From Ruditapes philippinarum (lineage: Eukaryota): a stretch of 64,000 bases of DNA. A program made the position numbers and the translations under genes. Each line of letters opens with the position of its first letter. Position 1 is the stretch's first letter. Of this stretch, positions 1 to 10,837 are shown piece by piece. Where the stretch lies: NCBI RefSeq assembly GCF_026571515.1, contig NW_026865659.1, forward strand, positions 62,001-126,000, read 5' to 3'. Under the pieces are notes generated by a model. That model had not been told where the DNA came from. It worked only from the letters and a program-made list of their open reading frames with translations, and made no database searches.

Positions 1-1003
1 TGTCTACCAAGTTTGTTCAAATAAAAGCCCTTGGGTCAAAATTGGCCCCGTCCCAGGGGGTCATTGATTTTCCATATATGCATATAGTAAAAACTTAAAA
101 ATCTTCTTTTAAAAAACCCAAAGAGCTAGAGCTAAGATATTTAGCATGAAACATGTTCTAATGTATGTCTACCAAGTTTGTTCAAATAAAAGCCCTGGGG
201 TCAAAATTGGCCCCGCCCCCAGGGGGTCATTGATTTTCCCTATATGCATATAGTAAAAACTTAAAAAATCTTCTTTTAAAGAACCCAAAGAGCTAGAGCT
301 GAGATATTTAGCATGAATAATGTTCTAATGCCTGTCTACCAAGTTTGTTCAAATACTAGCCCTTGGGTCAAAATTGGTCCCGCCCCAGGGGGTCATTGAT
401 TTTCCGTATATGCATATAGTAAAAACTTAAAAAATCTTCTTTTAAAGAACCCAAAGAGCTAGAGCTAAGATATTTAGCATGAAACATCTTCTAATGAGTG
501 TCTACCAAGTTTGTTCAAATAAAAGCCCTTGGGTCAAAATTGGCCCCGCCCCAGGGGGTCTTTGATTTTTCCTATATGCATATAGTGAAATCTTAAAAAC
601 CCAAATAGCTAGAGTTTAGATATTAAGCATGAAACATCTTCTAGTGAGTGTCTACAAAGTTTGTTCAAATAAAACCCTGGGGTCAAAATTGGCCCCGCCC
701 CTGGGATCATTGATTTTCCTTATATGTGTATTGCAAAAACTTAAAAATCTTCTTTGAAAAAACCCAAATAGCTAGAGTTTAGATATTAAGCATGAAACAT
801 CTTTTAGTAAGTGTCTACAAAGTTAAAAAAATCTTCTTTTAAAAAAACCAATGAGCTAGAGCTTAGATGTTTAGCATGAGACACCTTCTTATGGGTGTCT
901 ACCAAGTTTGTTCAAATAAAAGCCCTTGGGCTAAAATTGGCCCTACGGGGGGGGGGGAGCCTATATTCAGGTGAGCGACCTCAGGGCCATCATGGCCTTC
1001 TTG
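1..1003 (+). mobile_element. Non-autonomous Helentron-type element (HINE/DTC84-like), 3' part, with internal ~166-bp tandem repeats
   Basis: TGTCTACCAAGTTTGTTCAAAT recurs at 1, 166, 333 and 499 (period ~166). The element ends with sub-terminal CAGGTGAGCG (968-977), the palindrome GGCCATCATGGCC and CTTG followed by a T-run. The same ends occur in the full copy at 10838-12325. Confidence 0.8.
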
Positions 1004-1347
1004 TTTATTTTTTTTATTTTGTTTGTAAAGATTTGTTTAAAAACAGTTTATTTGTTCTTTAAGAAAGAGTAAAATAAATTGAGCATTGCTTCCGCTCAAC
1101 TGTGGCTCTTGTTCTTCTTCCAGCCATAGGAGGCTATAATGACCAACCTACTATTTTCGTTATGGAGAATACAGCTCTTTTCTTAGAGATACTTAAAATG
1201 AATTATAAAATGAACCTCAACTGGATCTTTATAAATACAAACTTGTTGCACCGTCTGCAACATGTTTTGTATTTAGCCTTTTAGGCACACATAGACAACA
1301 TTCATTTGAAGTATTTTGCATAATTTACACTTATATCTAACAGCTTT

Positions 1348-4300
1348 CAGGGCCTTTATACTATTTTTGGGGAAGGGGCCCTAGCCCTTTTTGTGGGGAA
1401 AATATGCGCGATTTTCGCACTTTTGGGGAAAATATCTATTTGTATATTTTTATATGTTAAAACACATTTCAGGTTTACATAAGTCTAAGAACTTAATTTC
1501 AAACATCAACAAATAAAAAGGCATTTCTGAAGATGAATTTATTGTCACTGCACATCTATACAGTTATGTTTTATAACAGTTTAATGTTAATTTATAACTT
1601 CATCTCCCTCTTTTTTTTGTCCTTGAAAATTGAAACCAAATTTTCATAATCCTCATCCCCAAAAGCCTGAAGAGTGTCCTGCATCAAAGAAATGCGCATC
1701 ATGGCATCCAGTGTTATCTGCCCCATAGATGTTCTCAGGAATGTGCAAATGTCATTCATGACACTAAAACCCCGTTCCACAACAGCTGTTGATTGGGGAA
1801 TCAACAGTGCCAACTTAAATAGCTTGTAAACTCTGGGGAAACAAGCTCGGATAACTGGGTCTCTTTCCATGGCCCTATACACTTTTGTTACAGAGTCATC
1901 TCCTCTTTGCCTGTGAAAAAGACAAAATATATGTGAAACTGTAAATTAATGTTTCATATTTTAGTTTGAATGGTATTGCTTTGTAAATGTATGTTAGGTC
2001 ATTATTATCAGCAGGTGAAATTTAAATTAAAACCTTAATTTACAGCTTATGAATTCAGATTAAAATTTGATAGATATTTCAGTTTTCTAAGAAAATAATA
2101 GTGAATTTGGTAAAAAGTAATTAATAAAATTATTTATTTTTTTCTTTTAGTTCAAATTAAATTTTATATTACTGACAACACAAACAAACAAAAAAACACA
2201 AGAACACTGGAAAATGTAAAGGAGTATAGTCAAGAAAGAGTGTAAATTTTCATGAATACAAATCCAATTCTACAGATAACAACAGTTGAACCAAAAAACT
2301 AAACCTGTAATCCTGCAAAATCAAAGAAAACAGTAAAATCAACTGCAAACTTTTAATATTTACTAACTTGTACATGAATAATTGGGGCTTAAATGTGTTC
2401 AATTCATTAGTTACAATTTCTGTACTGTCTAATTCTGGTGGTGCAACAGTTCTATGACCCTGGAATTCATCATGTTGCTCTTTCCCATAAAACTCTGCCA
2501 ATGTTTGAGTGTGATTCTGCCAACAGTAATTATTATAATGTAATGAAAGCACTGAGACTTCAGATTACAATCACAACCACTTCAACTTAAATTACAATGT
2601 GTGTTTTTCGATATCTGAAAATATATAACTACCTTGCCATATTCTGCTATTTCAGTAACACTATCTGGAAGATTGCCAGGGTCTAGCACGCTAAATGCCG
2701 ACAATACAGCCGAGTGATTGCAGAAGGCATCTGCAATCTCATTGATAAGGTCATAAACCATTGGCACTCCCTTCAGTCGCAAAAATTCTGAAAAAAGTAT
2801 ATAGAGTTTCAGTAAGACAATATTACAAAATGAAACTAGTTTCACTAGATAAAGCTGTTAAAATGAAAAAGGCATATTTTAAAACATCATTCATTTGTGA
2901 GCAAGTGTTTTGAATTCTTTTTTCAGAACTTGATTGTTACAACAACAGAAAGATTAATTTGAGTCAACTGTTTGAGGCATTGATTTGAAGAAAGTGAAAT
3001 TCCACAATACTACTACTGGGCAATCATTGAATGATTTTTATACTTCTAACTTAAATAAAAAGACAATAAGACAAACAAACCATCTGGATTCATGTCTCTG
3101 TCATCAGCTCTCATTCGTCTGGCAAGATCAGTCCTGTCCCTAACAACACCCAGAAGCTCTTGACATTTCCTGATAATATTACAAATATATCTATTGCAAT
3201 AATACAAGTAGTTAACTTACAAATTATATGGGTTTTTTTAAGTGTATATCCTTTCTTTTTCAATTTGAGACTGATCATTGACAATACTTAATTCAAATAA
3301 AATCTATAAATTATATACAGTGCAGCATCTAAAACAGTGTCTGAAATAATTAGAATCCATGAAAACTAAAGTGTGTAGGTAGAAGTAAGTAAATGATATT
3401 TAAAGGCCTTTCTAAGTTAAGATATATCAATCAGATCTGGAAACCATGGCATATGACAAATAATGTACATATAAAATTACCCAAATTCCAACTCCTGGTA
3501 GTTACAGCTCTCATACTTATTGACAACTTCCTGGAGCTCATTGCGACACTTTGTTACTCTTGCTGGTAACTCAGTAAAAGTACCACAGTCTTCTTGTAAA
3601 TATAATGATAGGAAGTTGACTGGCTTAAGAATGTCAACAAGAACTAGCACAGTTAAAATAACGCCTGGCTGAGTCATACTTATGCGTATACCAGTGAGCT
3701 CTGGTTCTTTGGTTTCTTCAATAAGGGCATCAAGGGTGTCCAGTATGGCCTCAAACCTGCCAACAAACCTGACACTTGCTCTCAGGTGTGACAACCACCT
3801 ATTAAATACAAATAAGGAAATACAATTGTCTATACTGCATGTAACTCAAATGCAAAACATTGGGTTGTAGTGTTAATCAAAAGTTTTATTTTTTTGTATT
3901 TTAGGTATGAAGTCTTGACATAACTCTGACTTTCATCAAGTCATATTATAGTTTATTTCTCATATAAACAATATCATACAACATTAGTTAAGAAGACCAT
4001 TTTTTCTGTAAAAAGCATACCTAGTGGTGGCTGCTCTGATAAATTTCAAAGGCTTCTGCCCATAAACACCCTGAATTGCCTCGAACACGGCTGCTTTTTT
4101 TGGCGAATAGTGAAACATCTTATATATGCCTAGCAAAACACGGTCAACTTCTTCTAACTCCTGGTTTCTTTTAACCATATGGACCAGACACAAGGCAAGG
4201 CGGTGATTACGACAATTGACATATATCGACAGTGGGTTTTCATGCCGTTTTCTTTTCTGTAGACCTGAAAAATATGAAATGGATGATAAGTAAAATAAAA

Positions 4301-6405
4301 AAATTAGCTTTAAGATCATTTAACAAAATATTGAATTTTTTCATGTTATACTATAGAAATTACTTACAAATGCATTTAAGAAATGTTAACAGTATTTTGA
4401 AATCTATTCAAAGTTTAAAGAATTACTTCAGCCAAAACATTTACCTTTATTTTCACCGCTCATTGCATTGCACCCATCCAAGCCAACAAATCTGATGTTG
4501 CGCAGTTCAATGCCTGTGAATCATAAACAAATTATTTACAAAAATACAATTTGATTAACAAAAATACAATTTGATTCATTTCCCTATCTGTACAGTAAAT
4601 TAATTACTTTTATTATGTCAAAAGCTTTAATTTTATAGGAACAAGTTTTAACCCTTGAATTAACAACACTAAGCCAGGAAACAAAGGCTTGCTTGAATGT
4701 TCCAGCTGACTGGGTTCGAACCCAGGCTGATAGACTTAGCAATCATTCAATCAGCAAGCATGCTGCCTGTCATAGTTAAATGAAATGAAGTTATTGTCAT
4801 TCAAATGTGTTTATTTGTTTCATTTCAATATATCATTATATTTAAAGAAAATGTACATCTGAAAAATATGAAGACAATTTTTCTTGACTACGTACATTTG
4901 CCTAAGCAAAATACACGGATACCATCCATCAGGGCTGCACTACTCGTTCTTTCTACATTAATGAGACCCATGTATGATTCCTTTACTTCTCCATTTCCTA
5001 CCCAACAAGCAAAGACTGAAAGCTGTGTACGGTTTGCCTGATCTGTACTCTCATCAGCAAGTAAAGTAAATTTTTTCCCACAAAGATCTGTCAACAATTT
5101 ATTTTCAAGGTAGTCACTAAGAATACCAATTATTTCTGTGACTGATGTACTAGATGTATATGTGGTGTTCCCGCTGAAAATATCTACAATGTCTGGGTCA
5201 CAAGTTGTGCCCATAAACTGGACAACATCTTTGAAGTTTTCAGAAAGAGCCCATTTTTTTTTTTTATCATGAATCCACAGGTTTTAAACAATTTTTTTCA
5301 AAATAGTTCCTATTTTGGCAATAAGTGCATCTTCAGATGTGGTATGGGTCTGCATAACAGTTCTTGCAATATTTACATTACATAATGATGAGGTGTATCT
5401 GCTTAAACTGTTTTTATGTGATTGACTCTTCTCATGAATTTCAAGACGTCTTGTAGGGTGTTCCCCAAGAACTGCACCACATGTTATGTATGGCGTGGAT
5501 TTATTTAGTTTAGGGGCAAATAGCTCACAATATTTGCAAATATACCCCTTTTGAGTTCCACTGTAATACAGCCAGGAAAATTTTGACTCGTATTTCCCAA
5601 CAGAAAATCTACGCAGGTCATGCTCAGAAGATAAAGTGCTGTCAGTTCCAGCTTTATCAATATTATTTATGCTGAGCTCCTGTTCAGGGGGAGTACTTTG
5701 ACTGCTGGATAATATAGGAGATACGGCAGCCGGAGATACACTAGCACTAGTAGCAGTAGCAACAGCAGGGTCATTTGCGCTGGACTTCGGTTCAGTGGGT
5801 TTAGATGTTATAATAGGTGCTGTAGAAGGTGTTAAACTCACAGCTGGGTCATCAAATCTTCCCTTTTTAAAATAATTTGTCAAAGTTACAGTACTACGAG
5901 CATCATTCGCTCTTATTTTCTTTTTGTACGCTCGCCAATTGTGCGGCATTGTTTACACAAACGTAAATCGGCAATCATGTCGTCATGTCGTAAAAATGAT
6001 GCGTTAATCGGAATATCTTCGGTTATAACAGCTCAATAGGAAAGAGCCGAAAAGTTGCGATAGATGACACGTATGCCAGAACGAGGCCAGCGGGTTTTTC
6101 CCCATGCTGTTTTTAGAAAATTGCCATATCAGACCGAGGCTACGAGTAAACAGCAAATGCATTGAATTAAGGCATCCCTCTAGTCGCGAAATGAATCATT
6201 ACCGTTTATTGGACAAAACAGCAGTCTATTTTTACACGAAAAAGTTTGTTTACAAATTTTTACGCTTCGATCTAACTAACAATTTAATGGGGAAATCACC
6301 GCCAGGAGGGGAATTTAAGACATGTTTTTGGGGAAAAAAGGTAGCTATTTGGGTTGGGGAAGTAGCCGGATACCGGCTACACCAAAGAAGGGTAAAAAGG
6401 CCCTG
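1348..6405 (-). mobile_element. Full-length hAT-superfamily DNA transposon with 5-bp TSD (hAT5-type)
   Basis: TIRs are CAGGGCCTTTATAC (from 1348) and GTAAAAAGGCCCTG (to 6405), 13/14 match. Direct repeat GCTTT flanks both ends (1343-1347, 6406-6410). TTTTTGGGGAA-type sub-terminal motifs occur at both ends, and an internal hAT transposase is present. Confidence 0.9.
1592..5949 (-). CDS. hAT transposase (ZMYM/ZNF862-like; N-terminal Zn finger, DDE core, C-terminal dimerisation motif), 8 exons, ~800 aa, one in-frame stop at 5284-5286
   Basis: GT-AG exons with compatible phases: 5949-4896, 4513-4445, 4264-4021, 3798-3481, 3169-3081, 2787-2633, 2516-2368, 1910-1592. Motifs: WLYYS..CKYC..H..H, LADESTD, GLDGCNAMSG, CRNH (CxxH), TRW, PQSTAVVERGFS. 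The disruption is confined to homopolymer runs at ~5254-5320. Confidence 0.88.
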
Positions 6406-6721
6406 GCTTTATAGTGCCTATATACAAAAAAGGAAAAAAAGTACTTGAAAAAAGTTACATATAAATAAAGCAAAAAACACAGTCCACGAGTTAACTTATT
6501 CAATTATTTGCCACCTGGTTTCTCTTATGATCATCAGGGCAAATGTGATGCGATGATGTATATACATGTATATATATATATATATATGACTCACGGTTAC
6601 TTAATAATGTTCTATATAGAATTTAGTGATGTTTGATAGATATAATTTGACTTGTATTTTTATTTGAAAAGTTCAGCAATTTACAAAAAAAAAAATGTGT
6701 TTTTTTTGTGGTTTTTTTCAG

Positions 6722-8618
6722 GTCAAAGACCTCTGACAATGATGAGGAAACTGAAAGTGTAGAGAAGGAGAAGTCAGAAACTATAGATAAAAAAGAGACA
6801 GATAATATGGCAACTGATCAAACTGAGGAGGTATCTCAGAAGAGCAAAGAAGACAATGAATGTGAAAAGACTGAGGACAATAAGGTAGATCAAACTGAAG
6901 ACAAAACAACAGAAAAGTCGGAGGTAAAAACTGAAGAAAAGGATGAAATTATTAATGAAGTTAAAGAGGAAAAGCTTGAGGAATCGCCTATGGAAGACGA
7001 TTCTAATGACGATAAAATAGATAGTAAAGTTGAAGTTAAAGATGAAGTTAAAGATAAATGTGAAGTTAAAGATGAGGTGAAAGAGGAGAAAATAGATGAA
7101 AAACAGGGCATATCAGAAGATAATAAGGTTGTGATGAACGGTATAGACACTGAAGATGAAAATCTGAATGAACCAATGGATTTGGGTGTAAAATCAAAAG
7201 AGGAAGAAAAAGTTAATGGTGGCTCAGTGCACTCAGAAGACAGTGAGAAAGAAAATGTTGATGTTCCAATGGATTTAAGTAGAAAATCGACAACTCCAGT
7301 AAAGGATGTGATCATGCTATCTGACGAAGAAGAAGCAAATGAGGCAAGACTAAATGGAGAGAAAGAGTATAATCTAGATGATCTTAAATTGAAAAGGAAG
7401 ATGATAAAACGTCTCCAGGCAGAATTGAGAAATGAGGAGGCAAAACTAGTCTTACTGAAGAAGTTGAGGTTTAGTCAAATGTCTCAGCAGGTAACAGATA
7501 ACGTGGCAAGGAAGACACCCCAGCCTAATCAGCATTCCTCACAGCCTCCGCCTCTGGTGCGAGGTAACCAGCAAATGTCTCAGCAAGCCAAGCCTGCACA
7601 CAGTCAGCCACCTCAGCTACAGAGGCCGAATGGAAATGTGGTCAATAACAAGCCACAAGGGCCACCACCACTAGTAATGGCCCCAAGAGTGGACCAACAG
7701 CAACTAATTCGTAATCAGATGAAGTTGTTACAACAGCAACAACAACAACAGCTGTCTTCTAATAAACCACAGCAGAATAACTTACCAGGATTCCGTGGAA
7801 CCCAGGCGCAAGCAGATGCCATAAGGCAAATGCAGCAAGTTCAGCAGAGAGTTGTTGAGGAAACTCCAGCGCAACGTCAAGCGGCCGCTAAACTTGCCCT
7901 TAGAAAACAGCTAGAAAAGACATTGCTCCAAATTCCGCCACCAAAACCTCCACCGCCAGAGATGAATTTCATTCCAAGTCTTGCTAGTCCTGATTTCATA
8001 TATCTCCTTGGGTTAGAAGAGGCTGTGAACTTTATTATTGATACAAATCTAATATCGAAAGGGCGTAAGAACCCTGATGAGAAAATGGTGTGTAATCCAT
8101 TTACTTGTGTTCAGTGTGGTACGGATTTCACTCCAGTATGGAAACGTGAGAAGCCAGGTTCTAAGAATGTTATATGTGAGCAGTGTGTCACATCAAATCA
8201 AAAGAAAGCCTTGAAACAAGAGCACACAAATAGACTAAAAAGTGCTTTCGTGAAAGCTCTACAACAAGAACAGGAGATTGAAAGGATGCAGTCACAGGAG
8301 ATGAAATCAGCACCTGTGCCTGCTGCCCTTAAAGAGAAAACAGAATCTCGCACGGAACGAGACTCTAGAGAATCGTCGGCACGGAGTGCTGCTGCACAAG
8401 CGTGCAAAGAGTCGATGGATACATTACGACAGCATCAGTACCTAGTACAAGCCCATCAGGCTGCTGCGTTACGTATGGGTCAGCCTCTCGGATTGCAGGG
8501 TTTCAACCCGAGGGCGCCATTCCCTTATCAACTGCCTTTTGCAGCCAGAGCATCAGACCTCCAGAGGCAATATTTACTTGACATGATTCCCAAAGGAGGT
8601 CTACCATGGAACTCTTAG
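6722..8618 (+). CDS. GATAD2: Transcriptional repressor p66 (GATAD2A/B orthologue, NuRD subunit), large terminal coding exon; upstream exon(s) not seen in the window
   Basis: Acceptor TTTTTTTCAG|G at 6721/6722. p66 coiled coil IKRLQAELRNEEAKLVLLKKLR; AAAKLALRKQLEKTLLQIPPPKPPPPEMNFIPS; GATA-like Zn finger CVQCGTDFTPVW...CEQC; KALKQEHTNRLKSAFVKALQQEQEIE; C-terminal QRQYLLDMIP. Confidence 0.95.
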
Positions 8619-9337
8619 TTGTGTACAAATACCTTGTGTTAGTTAACGAAGCTCAGTTTTATATTTATAATAATTCACTTCACAATATGGTGCTGGATAC
8701 TTACAAACAGATACTTACAAATACAGTGTGCTTAAATGAAAGAAACATAGTATGTATTAAGGACAATATGTATACACATAAATGACACTGACATAAGTTC
8801 TTGAAAAAAAAGAATGTTTTTTCTTTAAATCTAACAAAAATCTTGTTTAGATATTTGCAAGGTCTCGTTATTTTCTCAGAGAATTTACTTTGTTAACCAG
8901 TTTACAATAGCCTATGATATTGAAATACTAGATGTTTTTTTACATCAGTTAAGATGGTACTGAATGGATTGTAACACATGTGGTGGTTCTTACAAAAGAT
9001 ATTGTATTTCAATGATGTCATACAAGATAATACGATTTTGCAACAAACACACAATTTGTTAACATAATGTTTTTTCCCCTAACAGTATTACTTATATGTC
9101 AATCTACGTGCTTAATTAAATCTAGGTAACACCTATATGTTTCTCGTCTCGTTTTCATGTATTTGGCTTGCTGTTGTGACCTTGTTGAGCACTTTTGTTG
9201 AATATAATTTGGCTTTTTAACATAGTAAGCAGGAAATTTAAGAAAATTTACTTGTAGCACAAACAAGTTTTTTTTCACTAATTTAGCATGATATTTAAAG
9301 AATTGATTTTTTTTAAAAATTTCATTTCAAAAGTTTA

Positions 9338-10070
9338 ACTAGATTATAAATTTTGTAATTAGCTTACAGGACAGGATACAAATTTGTAATTTCGAAAGCT
9401 TACATGATAGGTCACAGATTCTATAATTTCAAAAGCTTATACTATATGTTATAAATTTTCTAATTTCAAAAGCTTACATTATAGGTTATAAATTTTGTAA
9501 TTTCAAAAGCTCAAACAATAGGTTTACCTTTATAAATTTTGTAATATCTAAAGCTAATACTGTACGTTCATAAGCTTATACTATGGTTAAAATTTTTGTA
9601 ATGTCAAAAGCTTACACAATAGGTCATAGATTCTGTAATTTTCAAAGCTTATACTATATGTTATAAATTTGTAATTTTAAAAGCTTACACGATAGGTTAT
9701 TAATTTTGTAACTTCAAACGCTCAAACAATAGGTTTACCTTTATAAATTTTGTAATATCTAAAGCTAATACTGTACGTTACAAATTTTGTAAATTCATAA
9801 GCTTATACTATGGTTAAAATTTTTGTAATTTCAAAAGCTTACACAATAGGTTATAGATTCTGTAATTTTCAAAGCTTATACTTTGTTATAAATTTGTAAT
9901 TTTTAAAGCTTTCATGATAGGTTATAAATTTTGTAATATCAAAAATTAGTATGATAGGTAATAAATTTAGTAATTTCAATAGCGTATACGATAAGTTATA
10001 AGTTTTGTAATTTCAAAAGCTTATATGATAGGTTATGATTTTTGATATATCCAAAGCTTATATATTATGT
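9338..10070 (+). repeat. ~36-37-bp AT-rich minisatellite (ATAGGTTATAAATTTTGTAATTTCAAAAGCTTACAC-like), probably in the GATAD2 3'UTR
   Basis: About 20 diverged units. A higher-order block beginning CTCAAACAATAGGTTTACCTTTATAAATTTTGTAATATCTAAAGCTAATACTGTACGTT occurs at ~9510 and ~9721. Confidence 0.85.
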
Positions 10071-10706
10071 TTCTAATGCTGAACTATTCTAAATCAAAAT
10101 ATAAAACAAAGTTTAGATTGACCCAACATACAGCAGTTTGCAAAGTTTTTAATGGTTAATTGGTGTAAAGTTGTTCATGGTTGACTGATCTATAAAAATT
10201 TAAAGACCTGTCCACTCAAGTCTCTTAAGTTGTGTATTCTTCATAGTCTTCATTTGGAGAGAATTTCATCAGAGATTGTATTATTCTATTTATTGTGAAT
10301 GTATTGTTTTTATGAAAACAGAATAATTTTCAACTGCTGTTTTAGTATTACGTTTTAAGGTGATTCTTTGCAGTAAACATATTTCTGTAAGTTACTCACA
10401 TGTTTTTAAACATTAATGCCAGTGTTTTAAAGGAAAAAGGTCCATCTATTGTCATCTATTGTCATGAAATTAAGTTGAAAATTAGGTTATTCTCCGTTTT
10501 GTTCAAGGTGTAAGATTGTTTAAGTGTCTCGTTTTATATGTGAAAATGAAATGTGATGGTGAAAGTCTACTTTGAAAAAAACACAAACACACACAACAAA
10601 TTTGTGACATGTCAGCTGTAATTGTGAAAAGTAATTTGTGACAAGTTCTACTGTTGTTATGTACTATTTTTTGAACAATTGTGATTTAGTGCTGATAAAG
10701 TGAAGT

Positions 10707-10712
10707 AATAAA
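10707..10712 (+). terminator. Candidate GATAD2 polyadenylation signal AATAAA
   Basis: AATAAA followed ~25 nt later by a T-rich tract, just before the next mobile element. Positional inference only. Confidence 0.3.
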
Positions 10713-10837
10713 AAAGATGCAAAAATAGCATTTAGCTTTTTTTTTTTAATGGCCTGATGCCACGTCCGGTTGATTATAATGATATTTTCTGTCTTATAAT
10801 GATATTTTCTGTCGAATGATTTTGGTAAAGATCACCT

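Noticed and set aside
6708-6721. GTG start of the 636-aa ORF
   Set aside because: It lies in the polypyrimidine tract of a splice acceptor; the exon starts at 6722.
6890-7315. Ser-rich antisense ORF (and 8198-8407)
   Set aside because: Shadow of the Glu/Lys-rich GATAD2 coding strand.
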